A stretch of 64,000 nucleotides of DNA, taken from assembly GCA_026397175.1 (NCBI GenBank), contig JAPLVK010000015.1, forward strand, positions 4,996-68,995. Reading direction: 5' to 3'. The position numbers and the translations under genes are program-made. The notes under the pieces are model-generated. The model worked only from the letters and a program-made list of their open reading frames with translations, was not told the DNA's origin and ran no database searches. Shown here in pieces: positions 17,056-27,194 of this stretch; positions within the stretch are counted from its first letter, which is position 1, and the number at the start of each line of letters is the position of its first letter. Source of the stretch: Candidatus Berkelbacteria bacterium. GTDB lineage: Bacteria; Patescibacteriota; UBA1384; DTJR01.

Positions 17056-17214
17056 ATTGTTCTGTAAAATAATAAAATCTATAAAATTACGATTATTACC
17101 ATTTATTATTCGTAATTCATACTTTGCAATTCCGTCCCTTGCTTTTGGTCTTAAACTATTCGTGATAAAATAAAAAAAGAAGCAAAATCTGATTTTCACT
17201 ACCCGGGAGGATTT

Positions 17215-18471
17215 TTGGGAATTTTAGATATATTTAAGGGCAAATACAATTTTAACGAGTACGCTATCTCTCTTGATATTGGCACGGAATTTGTTAAAAC
17301 CCTTATTTTTAAGATAGAAAAAGATAAAGCTCGAGTTTTGGGGGTGGGCCGCCAACGCCAGCGATTGGCTGATATTCAAGGTGGCGTGGTTACCGATATT
17401 TATGGGGTAATTAGAAATTGCGAAGCGGCGCTCGAGCAAGCAGCGACGCAAGCCAAAATTATGCCGGAACAGGTGATCATCGGAATCGCTGGTGAGTTAG
17501 TAAAGGGCATAACTACAGATGTAAAGTATATTCGCCCGGATCAAAACGCTAAAATCAATATGGATGAGCTCACCGAAATAGTCAATCGAATTCAAAAACA
17601 CACCTACGAGCGGGCCAGAAAAATTCTTGCATACGAAACGGGGCACAGAGAGGTCAATGTAAAGCTGGTTAATTCGGCTGTGGTTGATGTTAAAATTGAC
17701 GGGTATCATGTTACAAATCCGCTCGGATTTCAGGGTAAAGAAATGGAAGTTAGTGTTTTTAACGCCTTTGCGCCAAATGTTCATCTCGGCGCTTTGCAAA
17801 CCATTGCCGAGAGTTTAGACCTCGATTTGCTGTCAATTGCCGCCGAACCGTTCGCGGTTGCGCGCTGTATGGGTTCAGATCAAGAAAGTGATTTTTCGGC
17901 AATTTTTATTGATATTGGCGGCGGCACAACCGACATCGCCGTTGTTTCGAAAGGTGGATTAGTCGGCACAAAAATGTTTGCATTAGGGGGAAGGGCTTTT
18001 ACAAAAAGGGTTTCGTCGGTTTTGGGCGAGCCGTTTTTAGAGGCAGAGCAAGACAAGCTTAATTATTCCGCCGGCAAACTCCCAGACGATAAAAAAACAA
18101 TTGTCGAAAAAGCCATCAAGCAGGACTGCGAGGTTTGGCTTTCTGGAGTTCAGCTCACTCTCGAGGAGTTTTCCGATTTAGAGCTTTTACCCTCAAAAAT
18201 TATGCTTTGCGGAGGCGGAAGCAACCTGCCTGATATTGAAAGGGTTTTAAACGAGGCAAAGTGGGGCAGAAATGTGCCCTTCGCCAAAAAACCGACTGTT
18301 TCATTTTTAAGACCGAAAAATATTTCTTCGATTATTGACGACACAAACGAATTGACGGAAATTTCGGATGTTACGCCGATGGCTTTGGCTAATTTAGCCA
18401 TTGATGTGGTCGGAAACGAAGGAGTTGTCGAGGGTCTTTTTTCAAAAATAGTAATGACTTTAAGGAATTAA
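17215..18471 (+). CDS. actin-fold ATPase of the FtsA/PilM family (likely cell division FtsA)
   Basis: DIGTEFVK and DIGGGTTDIAVV motifs. Confidence 0.55.
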   Translation: MGILDIFKGKYNFNEYAISLDIGTEFVKTLIFKIEKDKARVLGVGRQRQRLADIQGGVVTDIYGVIRNCEAALEQAATQAKIMPEQVIIGIAGELVKGITTDVKYIRPDQNAKINMDELTEIVNRIQKHTYERARKILAYETGHREVNVKLVNSAVVDVKIDGYHVTNPLGFQGKEMEVSVFNAFAPNVHLGALQTIAESLDLDLLSIAAEPFAVARCMGSDQESDFSAIFIDIGGGTTDIAVVSKGGLVGTKMFALGGRAFTKRVSSVLGEPFLEAEQDKLNYSAGKLPDDKKTIVEKAIKQDCEVWLSGVQLTLEEFSDLELLPSKIMLCGGGSNLPDIERVLNEAKWGRNVPFAKKPTVSFLRPKNISSIIDDTNELTEISDVTPMALANLAIDVVGNEGVVEGLFSKIVMTLRN

Positions 18472-20310
18472 ATGGACGAAATATTATATTTAGAGGCAGA
18501 CGAAGAAATAACTTCCGTTGTTGATAAACTCAAAGGGCTAGAAACCAAGTCCGTTGGTTTGGTTGCGCCCAAGGGCTCAACCATTGTCCAGTCGCTTGTT
18601 TCTTTAAAACTTCTTAAAAAAGAGGCAAAAGCGCTGGGCAAAGAAATCGCCATTATCACTTCGGACGAAGTGGGGCAAAATTTAGCAAGTAGGATAGACC
18701 TTCCTGTTTACGAGGATGTAAGGAGCAAGACCCCGATTAAACCAACCGGGCAAAAGGATCCAGAGATAAAAGAACCGGTCGAAATTGACATGGAAGAGGG
18801 CTCAAAATCTGACAAAGCCGAGAAAGAAAATCAAACAAAACAAAGCGAGGAACAGGAAGATGTTCCGGAAAATTTCGAGGTCCACAGATACGACGAAGAT
18901 GCAAAGCAAGAAGAACCGATTACTAAACAAACCGAGCTGGATAAAACCGAATCGCAATTAGCCGAAGAGTCCCCCGAGTCAACGGTTTCCCAACTTCAAG
19001 ACCAGACCAAAATCGAAACACAGGCACCGCACGAAGAAATTAAGCAAACGGAAGGTGAGGACAAATTTGTAACTAGACCGGTGGCAAAAATGTCTCATGA
19101 TATTGATCGCCACGAGTTGGAAGCGGCGCGCCCAATAAGCCAGGGATATAATTCAAACCCGATCAAAAAAGGCAAAAAGAGCAAAGCGGGTTATATTTTT
19201 GCCGCGGGCTTTGTTTTCTTCCTGCTAATTTTGTTGGCAGCCGATTTAACAATTGCCAAATTAAATATCAAATTAACGGTTCCGGCCGAAGCAATAACCA
19301 AGGATGTTGCCGTTCAAGTTGAAAAAGATCGGCCAGTAGTTGATCTTGAACAAAGCATAATTCCCGGTGTTCAGGTTTCTAAAGAAAACGATTTTGAGCA
19401 AACAATTCAATCAACCGGCGAAAAAGATGCCGGCACTGCCGCCAAAGGAACTCTAACTTTTAAAAATGATTCGGGGGTTGATGAAACCATAAATTCGGGG
19501 ACGACAGTTCGATCCTCAAACGGAATCGATTTTATCCTTGATAGTTCAATCACAGTACCAAAGGCCTCTTTAAATTCAGCCGGCGATAAAGTGTTGGGGC
19601 AGGCAACCGGTTCGGTTACGGCAAAGGATGTCGGAAGTTCCGGGAATCTTTCAAATTCAACGACCTATGCAATTTCGTCAAAGCCAAAAATATCCGTTTC
19701 AGGCGGAACAAACGGTGGAGTTACAAAAAAAGTAAAAGTGGTCTCAAGATCAGATATTGAAAATGCCAAAAATAAATTAAAAGATGCAGCCAAAGAGGAA
19801 CTTTCAAAGCCAACCGATGATCAAAAGGACTATGTTTATCTGTCTGACGCCGGCACTGTCGAGATCTCGGACTTCTCATCGGATAAAAGCGTTGGCGACG
19901 AGGCAGATAGCTTTAAGGCCAAAGCCCACGGGAAATTTACGAGTTTAATTTATAAAAGCGATGACCTAAAACAAGCAATCACTAAGTCCGTCGAGAAAGG
20001 GCTGACCAACAATCAAAATTTGCTTCCTTCGGATACGGACGAAATTCAAACCACAATAAAAGAAAACAATATCAATATCGGCAAAATGACTCTTGCCAAC
20101 TCGTTCAAAAGCCATGTTGGTCCAAAGCTTGATCTTGGGAACTTACAAAAATCGTGGCGGCTCAAGCCAATCAAGAAAATTAAAGATAGTTTAGCCAGCG
20201 TTGAAAATGTGCAAATTGATGATATTTCGCTATCGCCCAATTTTGCTTTGCCGGTCGGGCCAATTATGAAATCACACATTATTGTTAAAATTGATTACAC
20301 AAAAAAGTAG
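18472..20310 (+). CDS. bitopic membrane protein: cytoplasmic N-domain, acidic low-complexity linker, TM helix, large extracellular domain
   Basis: Start immediately after the FtsA-like gene; TM helix GYIFAAGFVFFLLILLAADL. Confidence 0.4.
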   Translation: MDEILYLEADEEITSVVDKLKGLETKSVGLVAPKGSTIVQSLVSLKLLKKEAKALGKEIAIITSDEVGQNLASRIDLPVYEDVRSKTPIKPTGQKDPEIKEPVEIDMEEGSKSDKAEKENQTKQSEEQEDVPENFEVHRYDEDAKQEEPITKQTELDKTESQLAEESPESTVSQLQDQTKIETQAPHEEIKQTEGEDKFVTRPVAKMSHDIDRHELEAARPISQGYNSNPIKKGKKSKAGYIFAAGFVFFLLILLAADLTIAKLNIKLTVPAEAITKDVAVQVEKDRPVVDLEQSIIPGVQVSKENDFEQTIQSTGEKDAGTAAKGTLTFKNDSGVDETINSGTTVRSSNGIDFILDSSITVPKASLNSAGDKVLGQATGSVTAKDVGSSGNLSNSTTYAISSKPKISVSGGTNGGVTKKVKVVSRSDIENAKNKLKDAAKEELSKPTDDQKDYVYLSDAGTVEISDFSSDKSVGDEADSFKAKAHGKFTSLIYKSDDLKQAITKSVEKGLTNNQNLLPSDTDEIQTTIKENNINIGKMTLANSFKSHVGPKLDLGNLQKSWRLKPIKKIKDSLASVENVQIDDISLSPNFALPVGPIMKSHIIVKIDYTKK

Positions 20311-20354
20311 TCGTTTCGCGAAATATTAACCAATTGTGCTAGAATAATTTTTGT

Positions 20355-20807
20355 ATGATAAATCAAACAAAAAACCCAGATCAGTTCTCTGGCAACATTA
20401 AAAAATCAGAAGTTACTCTGGCTCTCGATTTAGGAAAAAGGCGAGTTGGTGTGGCTTTATCGCACGGGATTATTGCCGAAGCGCAAAAAACAATTTTACT
20501 AAATGAATCAAAACCCGAAGAATTTTTCCCAAAGTTAAAAAAAATTACCGAAGAACAAAAAGTAAAAAAAATCATTGTCGGTTTACCGCTTGGTAAAAAT
20601 CTTCAAGAAACAAAACAAAGTGTTTGGACTAGGGATTTTGCCTCTAAAATAGAGAGAGAACTTCGACTCCCGATCGAATTTGTCGAAGAATCATTTTCTT
20701 CAACTTCAGCTTTGGAAGATCTGAAGAAGGGAAAACGGTTCAAAAAAGAAGAAATAGATGCGCAGTCCGCCAAAATTATTTTAGAGCAATATTTAAATTC
20801 AAAATGA
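20355..20807 (+). CDS. ruvX: YqgF/RuvC-like Holliday junction resolvase (pre-16S rRNA nuclease)
   Basis: LALDLGKRRVGVALS...IIVGLPL motifs. Confidence 0.7.
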   Translation: MINQTKNPDQFSGNIKKSEVTLALDLGKRRVGVALSHGIIAEAQKTILLNESKPEEFFPKLKKITEEQKVKKIIVGLPLGKNLQETKQSVWTRDFASKIERELRLPIEFVEESFSSTSALEDLKKGKRFKKEEIDAQSAKIILEQYLNSK

Positions 20808-21859
20808 AACCTGATATCTCGCATTATAAAAAAGAAAAAAAACACGATCAGGAGCTGGTCGTCCGGTTGGGAACGGAGGGACTCAAAAAGATTATTGACA
20901 AGAAAAGCACTCTTTATTTTATCGCTGGCACAATACTGGTCTTTTTGATTTTTATTATCTCGTGGGTCAATTTTCAAAAACGCCCGGTTGCCGATTCAAC
21001 ACAGGACTATAAATATTTTGAAATCACAAAAGGGGAGACAACAAAAGGAATTGGGATAAAGTTAAAAGAGGCCGGGCTGGTTAGATCTGACCTTGCTTTT
21101 TATTTAAACTCCAAAATGTCGTTTAAAAATCTTCAGGCAGGAAATTACAAATTGGCGGCAACGATGGATATGGATGAAATCATCAAAAAATTCCAGAAAG
21201 GAGATGTGGATGCTTTTTCAGTAACGATTCCCGAGGGTTATAGGGTTCTGCAGATTGCCAAAACACTTGAAGAAAAGGGTAAAGTTGATCCGAATAAGTT
21301 TATCGAAGCGGCAATAGGCACCGAAGGGACTCTGTTTCCGGACACCTATGTTTTTCCACTCAATCTAGAACCCGCCAAAATTGTTCGGGAGATGAAGGAT
21401 GATTTCGAAAAGCGAACTCAAAAATATCGGTTATCGGCCGATCAACTAATTCTTGCTTCAATTGTTGAACGCGAAGCGAAAAAAGATGACGAGCGGCCAA
21501 AAATTGCTGCGGTTTATAGAAACAGGGCAGATCAAAATATGCTACTTCAAGCGGATCCGACAGTTCAATATGCGCTTGATACGCAAAAATATTTAAAAGA
21601 TAAATCGCTCGATTTTGCCTTTTGGGCTGCTCCCACAAGCCAAGAAATAAAGGATTTGGTTTCGCCTTTTAATACTTATAAACAAAAAGGTTATCCGCCG
21701 GCACCAATCTGTAATCCCGGCATAAAAAGCATCGAGGCAGCAATAAACCCGGAACCGAATTTCGACTATTTATATTTTTTTCACGATAAAAATCAACAAA
21801 TTCATTTTTCTAAAACCTATACCGAGCATTTGAAAGCGATACAGGACTTCGGGCTGTAA
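20804..21859 (+). CDS. mltG: endolytic murein transglycosylase MltG (YceG family)
   Basis: N-terminal TM; VTIPEGYRVLQIA and YRNRADQNMLLQADPTVQYA motifs. Confidence 0.75.
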   Translation: MKPDISHYKKEKKHDQELVVRLGTEGLKKIIDKKSTLYFIAGTILVFLIFIISWVNFQKRPVADSTQDYKYFEITKGETTKGIGIKLKEAGLVRSDLAFYLNSKMSFKNLQAGNYKLAATMDMDEIIKKFQKGDVDAFSVTIPEGYRVLQIAKTLEEKGKVDPNKFIEAAIGTEGTLFPDTYVFPLNLEPAKIVREMKDDFEKRTQKYRLSADQLILASIVEREAKKDDERPKIAAVYRNRADQNMLLQADPTVQYALDTQKYLKDKSLDFAFWAAPTSQEIKDLVSPFNTYKQKGYPPAPICNPGIKSIEAAINPEPNFDYLYFFHDKNQQIHFSKTYTEHLKAIQDFGL

Positions 21860-21976
21860 ATTTTAGAGGAATTGGACTAAAGAACTAACAAAACATTGGG
21901 GTTTGACATATGCAAGTTGCCTGATAAAATCAAGCTCTGAAGCGAAAGCCGCTAATTTTTAAATTTAAGGTGGGCG

Positions 21977-23017
21977 ATGCTAAAAAGATTATTCGGAATT
22001 TTTTCTCAAGATATCGGGATTGACTTGGGCACGGCCAACACACTTGTTTATGTTAAAGACAAAGGTGTTGTTTTAAATGAACCATCTGTTGTTGCGATCA
22101 ATCAAAAAACCAAACAGGTTCTCGCAATCGGCGAGGAAGCAAAAAAAATGGTTGGTCGTACCCCTTCTTATATTGTGGCAGTCAGGCCTCTGGCTGATGG
22201 TGTAATTTCCGATTTTGAAGTAACCGAACAAATGTTACGGTATTTTATTCAAAAAACCGGAAAACAAAAGTGGAGTATGACGCCTCGTCCGCGAGTAGTT
22301 GTTGGTGTTCCCTACGGCGTTACCGAAGTTGAGAGACGGGCTGTCGAAGAAGCAGCTATTAACGCAGGAGCGCGGGAAGTTTATTTAATAGAAGAACCGC
22401 TGGCCGCGGCCATTGGCGCCAGAATCCCCGTGCAGGAAGCAACGGGCAGCATGATTGTTGATATTGGCGGAGGAACCACGGAGGTGGCAGTTATTTCTTT
22501 GGGCGGTGTTGTTTCCAGCCGATCGCTACGGATTGCCGGGGACGAAATGAACGAAGACATTGTTGCATATGCCCAAGACCAATTTAATCTGTCGCTTGGT
22601 CTTAAAACCGCAGAAGAAATCAAAATTGCGATCGGTTCGGCAGTCGAACTAACAGAGCAGCTCACCTATCCTATGCGCGGACGGGATTTGGTAACAGGAC
22701 TCCCCAAAGAAATTATTATAAGCGACGATGTAATCAGACAGGCAATTTTTAAATCGGTTAAATCAATTGTTGACGCAGTCAAGTCAACGATCGAAGAGGC
22801 GCCCCCGGAATTGGTGGCCGATATTTTAGAGAGGGGGATAATTTTAGCAGGCGGAGGGGCGCTTTTGCGCGGTCTTGACCAGTTGATTTCGCGTGAGACC
22901 CAGACCAGAGTTCACATTGCCGATGATCCTTTGACTTCGGTTGTGCGTGGTACGGGTGTTGTAATTGAGGATCTTGATAATTTGCGCGATGTTTTGCTGT
23001 CCAGCGCTTTAAACTAA
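21977..23017 (+). CDS. mreB: rod-shape determining protein MreB
   Basis: IGIDLGTANTLVYV, DIGGGTTEVAV motifs. Confidence 0.9.
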   Translation: MLKRLFGIFSQDIGIDLGTANTLVYVKDKGVVLNEPSVVAINQKTKQVLAIGEEAKKMVGRTPSYIVAVRPLADGVISDFEVTEQMLRYFIQKTGKQKWSMTPRPRVVVGVPYGVTEVERRAVEEAAINAGAREVYLIEEPLAAAIGARIPVQEATGSMIVDIGGGTTEVAVISLGGVVSSRSLRIAGDEMNEDIVAYAQDQFNLSLGLKTAEEIKIAIGSAVELTEQLTYPMRGRDLVTGLPKEIIISDDVIRQAIFKSVKSIVDAVKSTIEEAPPELVADILERGIILAGGGALLRGLDQLISRETQTRVHIADDPLTSVVRGTGVVIEDLDNLRDVLLSSALN

Positions 23018-23019
23018 AA

Positions 23020-23790
23020 ATGAACAAAAATTTCGTCTTAAAGTTTATTTTAACGGTTGGGCTTTTAATAATCCTCTATTTAATTTGGCCACTGCCTTTT
23101 TTGTGGGTATCTAAAACAATCTTATTGCCACCGATAGAAAAAATCGGAAATGTTCTGGAGGCCTCGGTTTCTCCTTTCAGAACTCTTTCGAAAATTTCCA
23201 AACTCGACAAGGATAGCAAACAGTTAGACAACGAAAATCAGGCCTTAGAAGCTCAAATTGCCAAACTTACCGAAACGAATTATTTGTGTAAAGAAGTGCA
23301 GGCCGAAGAAAGCACTTTGCTGGGTAAGTTTTTTACGCAAACCGCCAGAGTGATTGGTCGGACACCTTTTTCTTTTAACCAGACCATCATCGTTGATAAG
23401 GGCTCAAATGATTCGATAAAAGAAGGGGCGGCGGTTTTATCAAACGGTACTTTTATTGGGAAAGTTACCAAAGTTGATGCCTCAAGAAGTGAAGTTCGGC
23501 TCATCACGAGCCATGACAGTTTGATCCCAACTATTTTAGAACAAAGCCGTCAAACAGGCATTGTTCAGGGTGGGCTAGAGGGCTTAACGCTAAGCGATGT
23601 TTCAGTTGATGGAAAAATTAGCGCGGGCGAAAATATTTTAACAAGTGGTTTGGGCGGCGATTTGCCCGCAGGGATTTTAATCGGCCAGGTGTCACAAATT
23701 ATCGGTGTTGAAGGTGGGCTTTTTCAATCAGCCAAAGTGAATTTCCCTGTCAATATTTCGTCAATTGAAGTAGTGAGCATTATCAAATGA
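23020..23790 (+). CDS. mreC: MreC
   Basis: Position after mreB; N-terminal TM, coiled coil, beta domain. Confidence 0.65.
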   Translation: MNKNFVLKFILTVGLLIILYLIWPLPFLWVSKTILLPPIEKIGNVLEASVSPFRTLSKISKLDKDSKQLDNENQALEAQIAKLTETNYLCKEVQAEESTLLGKFFTQTARVIGRTPFSFNQTIIVDKGSNDSIKEGAAVLSNGTFIGKVTKVDASRSEVRLITSHDSLIPTILEQSRQTGIVQGGLEGLTLSDVSVDGKISAGENILTSGLGGDLPAGILIGQVSQIIGVEGGLFQSAKVNFPVNISSIEVVSIIK

Positions 23791-24257
23791 GCTACTTAAG
23801 AGTTATAATTATATTTTTTGTAATTTTTGTTCTTGATCAGATAATCGCTGGCCGATTTTTTTGGGAATTTCAAATTTCGCTATTAGTCCCCCTGATCTGT
23901 TATCTCGCGGTTTATTCACCTTTAAAAGAAGGACTGGTTGGCGCTTTTTTTGTTGGCTTCTTATTTGATATCAGCTCGTTGAGCAATCATATTTTTATGA
24001 CAATTTTTTTAATAGCCGAGGTCTTGATAATTTATTATTTGAAGAAAAAACATATCAACTTTACGAGTCCATTGTTTCTATTTCTGGGAAGTTTATTTTT
24101 TTTGATAATTTTTATAGTTATAGGTCAAATTATGTTTAATAAGATAAATTTAAGCTCAATTGGGTACTCTTTAATAGGCAATATTTTTGTTGCTTTAATT
24201 CTTTTGCCTAGTTCAACTTTGTTTAAGAGGTTATTTAGAAATGCCCGAACCACATAA
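23787..24257 (+). CDS. mreD: MreD-like polytopic membrane protein
   Basis: Position and hydrophobicity. Confidence 0.45.
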   Translation: MSYLRVIIIFFVIFVLDQIIAGRFFWEFQISLLVPLICYLAVYSPLKEGLVGAFFVGFLFDISSLSNHIFMTIFLIAEVLIIYYLKKKHINFTSPLFLFLGSLFFLIIFIVIGQIMFNKINLSSIGYSLIGNIFVALILLPSSTLFKRLFRNARTT

Positions 24258-26130
24258 AAAAGAAAATATTTTTTCCAAATTTAAGCCGATGGGTAAAATC
24301 AAGGATTTTCTGTCGGAGCGCTCTTATTATGACAGGGATGGCTCAATTTCAGGTCTCCAACATCGCTTCTTTAACTGGGGATCAGTCATGGTTGCAATTT
24401 TTGTTGTTTTGATTGTAACACGACTATTTACCCTACAGGTTCAAGAGGGCTTTATTAATCTAAAACTGGCCGAAGGAAATCGCCTTAAAAATATCCCCGT
24501 TTCAGCTCCAAGGGGAATTGTGCTTGACGATCAAGGCAAACTACTTGCTTCAAACGATTCAACTTACGAGCTGATTATCCGATTAAATATGAAAAAGGAC
24601 TTAAACTCGATTGAGCCGCAAGTTTTTAATACTGCCGGTATCTCAAAGGAAGATATCGAAAAGGAATTTGATAAAGGTCAAAATTTATTTGGTTACTTTA
24701 TTTTACGCGAAAATATTAATCGCGATGATGCTCTGCTTTTGAAATCACGGCTTCCGGCCTATGGCCCGTTTGAAGTGATGCCGACTTTTATTAGAAAATA
24801 CGCAACCAATAATTTATCACATGTTTTAGGGTATCTTGGTAAGGTTTCCGAAGATGAAGGCAAAGATAAACCCTCACTTCTTGTAAATGGCATTACGGGT
24901 AAATCGGGACTTGAAAAAACATATGACGAATATTTACAGGGAATTCCCGGGTTCAGGCGCGCCGAAGTTGACGCTCAAAATCGTGTAGTTCGTTTGCTTT
25001 CTACCCAAGAGCCACAAGCTGGCAATACCTTGCAGTCATCAATTGATTTGGATTTGCAAAACTTTGCTTCGGCAAAACTCGAAGAAAAAGCCAAGGACTT
25101 AAATACCAAGGGGGCGATTATTGTAATGGATCCACGAAGCGGAGCGGTTAAAGCGATGGTTAGCTTCCCATATTTTGACAACACTAAAATGTCAACGGGA
25201 ATAACCCAAGAGGAATATTCGAAAATTGCTGATGATCCTGCGCATCCCCTCATCAATCGAGCGATTTCGGGCGTTTATCCATCGGGCTCTTCGATCAAGC
25301 CATTTATTGCCACATCTGCCCTTGAGTTTGGAATTGTTGATGAAAACTTGTCATTTGACACCCCGCCATTTATTGAAATTGGGCAATGGAAATTTCCCGA
25401 CTGGAAAGATCACGGCTCAACCGATATCAAGCGTGCGATTGCCGAATCAAATAATGTTTTCTTTTATTCTTTGGGCGGTGGCTTCGGTCCGATCAAAAAG
25501 GGATTAGGGCCGGATGGTATGAAAAAGGGACTCGAGCGGTTTGGTTTTAACAGTAAGACAGGAATTGATTTAACCGGTGAGTCGGAGGGATTTATTCCAA
25601 CTCCGGATTGGAAAAAGAAGAAGACCGGTGAGTCATGGTTTATTGGAAATACTTATAATATGGCAATCGGGCAAGGTGATCTTCTGGTTACTCCGATTCA
25701 AATTGCCAATGCCACTTGTGCAATCGCAAACGGCGGAAGGGTTTATAAACCGAATTTTGTTAAAAAAGTGGTTGATTATACCGGAAAGACCGTCAAGGAG
25801 TTTACGGATGCCGATAACTTGGTTCAAAAAGATATATTTGGTTCTCACAATCTTGATATTGTAAGGCAAGGGATGCGGATGACCGTAACACAGGGTTCGG
25901 CCTATTCCGTTTTTGGCAATAATTTTCCGCTTGCCGTTGCCGCCAAAACCGGAACTGCGCAATTTGGAAATGAAGGAAAGACCCACGCTTGGTTTTCCTC
26001 TTTTGCTCCTTACGATGATCCGCAACTTGAGGTAACAGTGCTTATCGAGGGTGGAGGCGAGGGGTATCAGACCGCCGCCCCAATTGCTAAAGACATTTAT
26101 CAGTGGTGGGCGGACAATCGTATGAAATAG
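24241..26130 (+). CDS. mrdA: penicillin-binding protein 2 (elongasome transpeptidase)
   Basis: SGSSIKPF (SxxK), SNN, KTGTAQ motifs. Confidence 0.85.
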   Translation: MPEPHKKENIFSKFKPMGKIKDFLSERSYYDRDGSISGLQHRFFNWGSVMVAIFVVLIVTRLFTLQVQEGFINLKLAEGNRLKNIPVSAPRGIVLDDQGKLLASNDSTYELIIRLNMKKDLNSIEPQVFNTAGISKEDIEKEFDKGQNLFGYFILRENINRDDALLLKSRLPAYGPFEVMPTFIRKYATNNLSHVLGYLGKVSEDEGKDKPSLLVNGITGKSGLEKTYDEYLQGIPGFRRAEVDAQNRVVRLLSTQEPQAGNTLQSSIDLDLQNFASAKLEEKAKDLNTKGAIIVMDPRSGAVKAMVSFPYFDNTKMSTGITQEEYSKIADDPAHPLINRAISGVYPSGSSIKPFIATSALEFGIVDENLSFDTPPFIEIGQWKFPDWKDHGSTDIKRAIAESNNVFFYSLGGGFGPIKKGLGPDGMKKGLERFGFNSKTGIDLTGESEGFIPTPDWKKKKTGESWFIGNTYNMAIGQGDLLVTPIQIANATCAIANGGRVYKPNFVKKVVDYTGKTVKEFTDADNLVQKDIFGSHNLDIVRQGMRMTVTQGSAYSVFGNNFPLAVAAKTGTAQFGNEGKTHAWFSSFAPYDDPQLEVTVLIEGGGEGYQTAAPIAKDIYQWWADNRMK

Positions 26131-26302
26131 TATTTGATTCAATGCTTTTTCTTTACTTTACGAACTTTATAAACTTTATGAACTTTTTACTATCTCGGCC
26201 TATTGATTTTTATATTACTTTTTTGCTATACTAATCAAAGTAAATCCCAGTGTCATGGGGTTTTGTTGTCAAATAATGGGCCAAAGGCCCACAAGGAAAA
26301 AA

Positions 26303-26764
26303 ATGGCTGAAAAGAGAATTAAACTAACCAAATTGGGCCGAGAAAAACTCGAAAAAGAACTTGAGGAGCTTGTTAAGGTTAAGCGACCGGAAATTATTGA
26401 TCGAATCAAAAAAGCCAAGGATTACGGCGATTTGAGCGAAAATGCGGAATATGAAGAGGCGCGAAACGAGCAATCGTTTATCGAGGGAAGGGTTCAGGAA
26501 ATTGAATATATGCTTAAGAGTGCCGAAATTGCCGAGAACACAAAAGGCGGGGTGGTTGGTGTCGGTTCATCTGTTAAAGTTAAAATGGACGGCGAAGAAA
26601 TGACTTACGAAATTGTTGGTTCAACCGAAGCCGATCCGACAGAAGGTAAAATTTCGAGCGAATCACCGATCGGTTCTTCTTTAGTTGGCAAAAAGGCCGG
26701 AGATACTTGCAGTGCCAAAACCCCCGGCGGCGAAATCGAACTCAAAATCCTCGCCGTAGAATAG
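26303..26764 (+). CDS. greA: transcription elongation factor GreA
   Basis: GreA N-terminal coiled-coil and C-terminal FKBP-like motifs; start set at MAEKRIKL (ORF track begins at an upstream in-frame ATG 26255). Confidence 0.8.
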   Translation: MAEKRIKLTKLGREKLEKELEELVKVKRPEIIDRIKKAKDYGDLSENAEYEEARNEQSFIEGRVQEIEYMLKSAEIAENTKGGVVGVGSSVKVKMDGEEMTYEIVGSTEADPTEGKISSESPIGSSLVGKKAGDTCSAKTPGGEIELKILAVE

Positions 26765-26784
26765 ATAAATTAGGTTGTAAAAAA

Positions 26785-26808
26785 ACAGGCCCGCAAGGGC
26801 CTGTTTTT
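26785..26808 (+). terminator. intrinsic terminator ACAGGCCC-GCAA-GGGCCTGT plus TTTT
   Basis: Perfect 8-bp GC stem followed by a U tract. Confidence 0.8.
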
Positions 26809-27040
26809 GATGTGGGATGTTATTGGTATGCTGGCGACCAACTATTTCTTGTCATCCCGGGCATAGTCGAGGGATCCCTGCCTGCCGGCAGGCAGGTCTC
26901 GCGAATGTGAGATGAACATCGTTCCCCTTGGCACTTACGCCAAGTAATCCCGAAAGTCACGAGGACTTAAGCTCCGCTGTCACAGCGTAATGTGAGCACA
27001 AACAGAGGCGCGCGTTTATACCGCACCTCTTCAACATATA

Positions 27041-27074
27041 GGGCTCGGAGGCCACAAGCCCCCGAGCCCTTTTT
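27041..27074 (+). terminator. intrinsic terminator GGGCTCGG...CCGAGCCC plus TTTTT closing the GC-rich block upstream of serS
   Basis: 8-bp stem plus T5. Confidence 0.7.
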
Positions 27075-27194
27075 GATTTATACCAACTTTATAAACTTTA
27101 AAAACCTTCTAACTTTATGAACTTATCAAAGCATTTGAATTTCTAAGGTATTATGGTTATAATCAAACCAGTAAAAACCTAAAAGGGGCTCAAG

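Noticed and set aside
26255-26302. N-terminal 16-aa extension of GreA (MGFCCQIMGQRPTRKK)
   Set aside because: Overlaps the GGGCCAAAGGCCC hairpin; GreA homologues start at the MAEK... Met, which has a purine-rich leader.
26820-27075. T-box leader, RNase P RNA or SRP RNA assignment for the GC-rich block upstream of serS
   Set aside because: Could not find the T-box AAUUAGGGUGGNACCGCG box, RNase P P4 GGAAAGUCCGGGC/ACAGAANCCGGCUUA elements or the SRP domain IV GGAA motif by eye; left as an unassigned ncRNA candidate.
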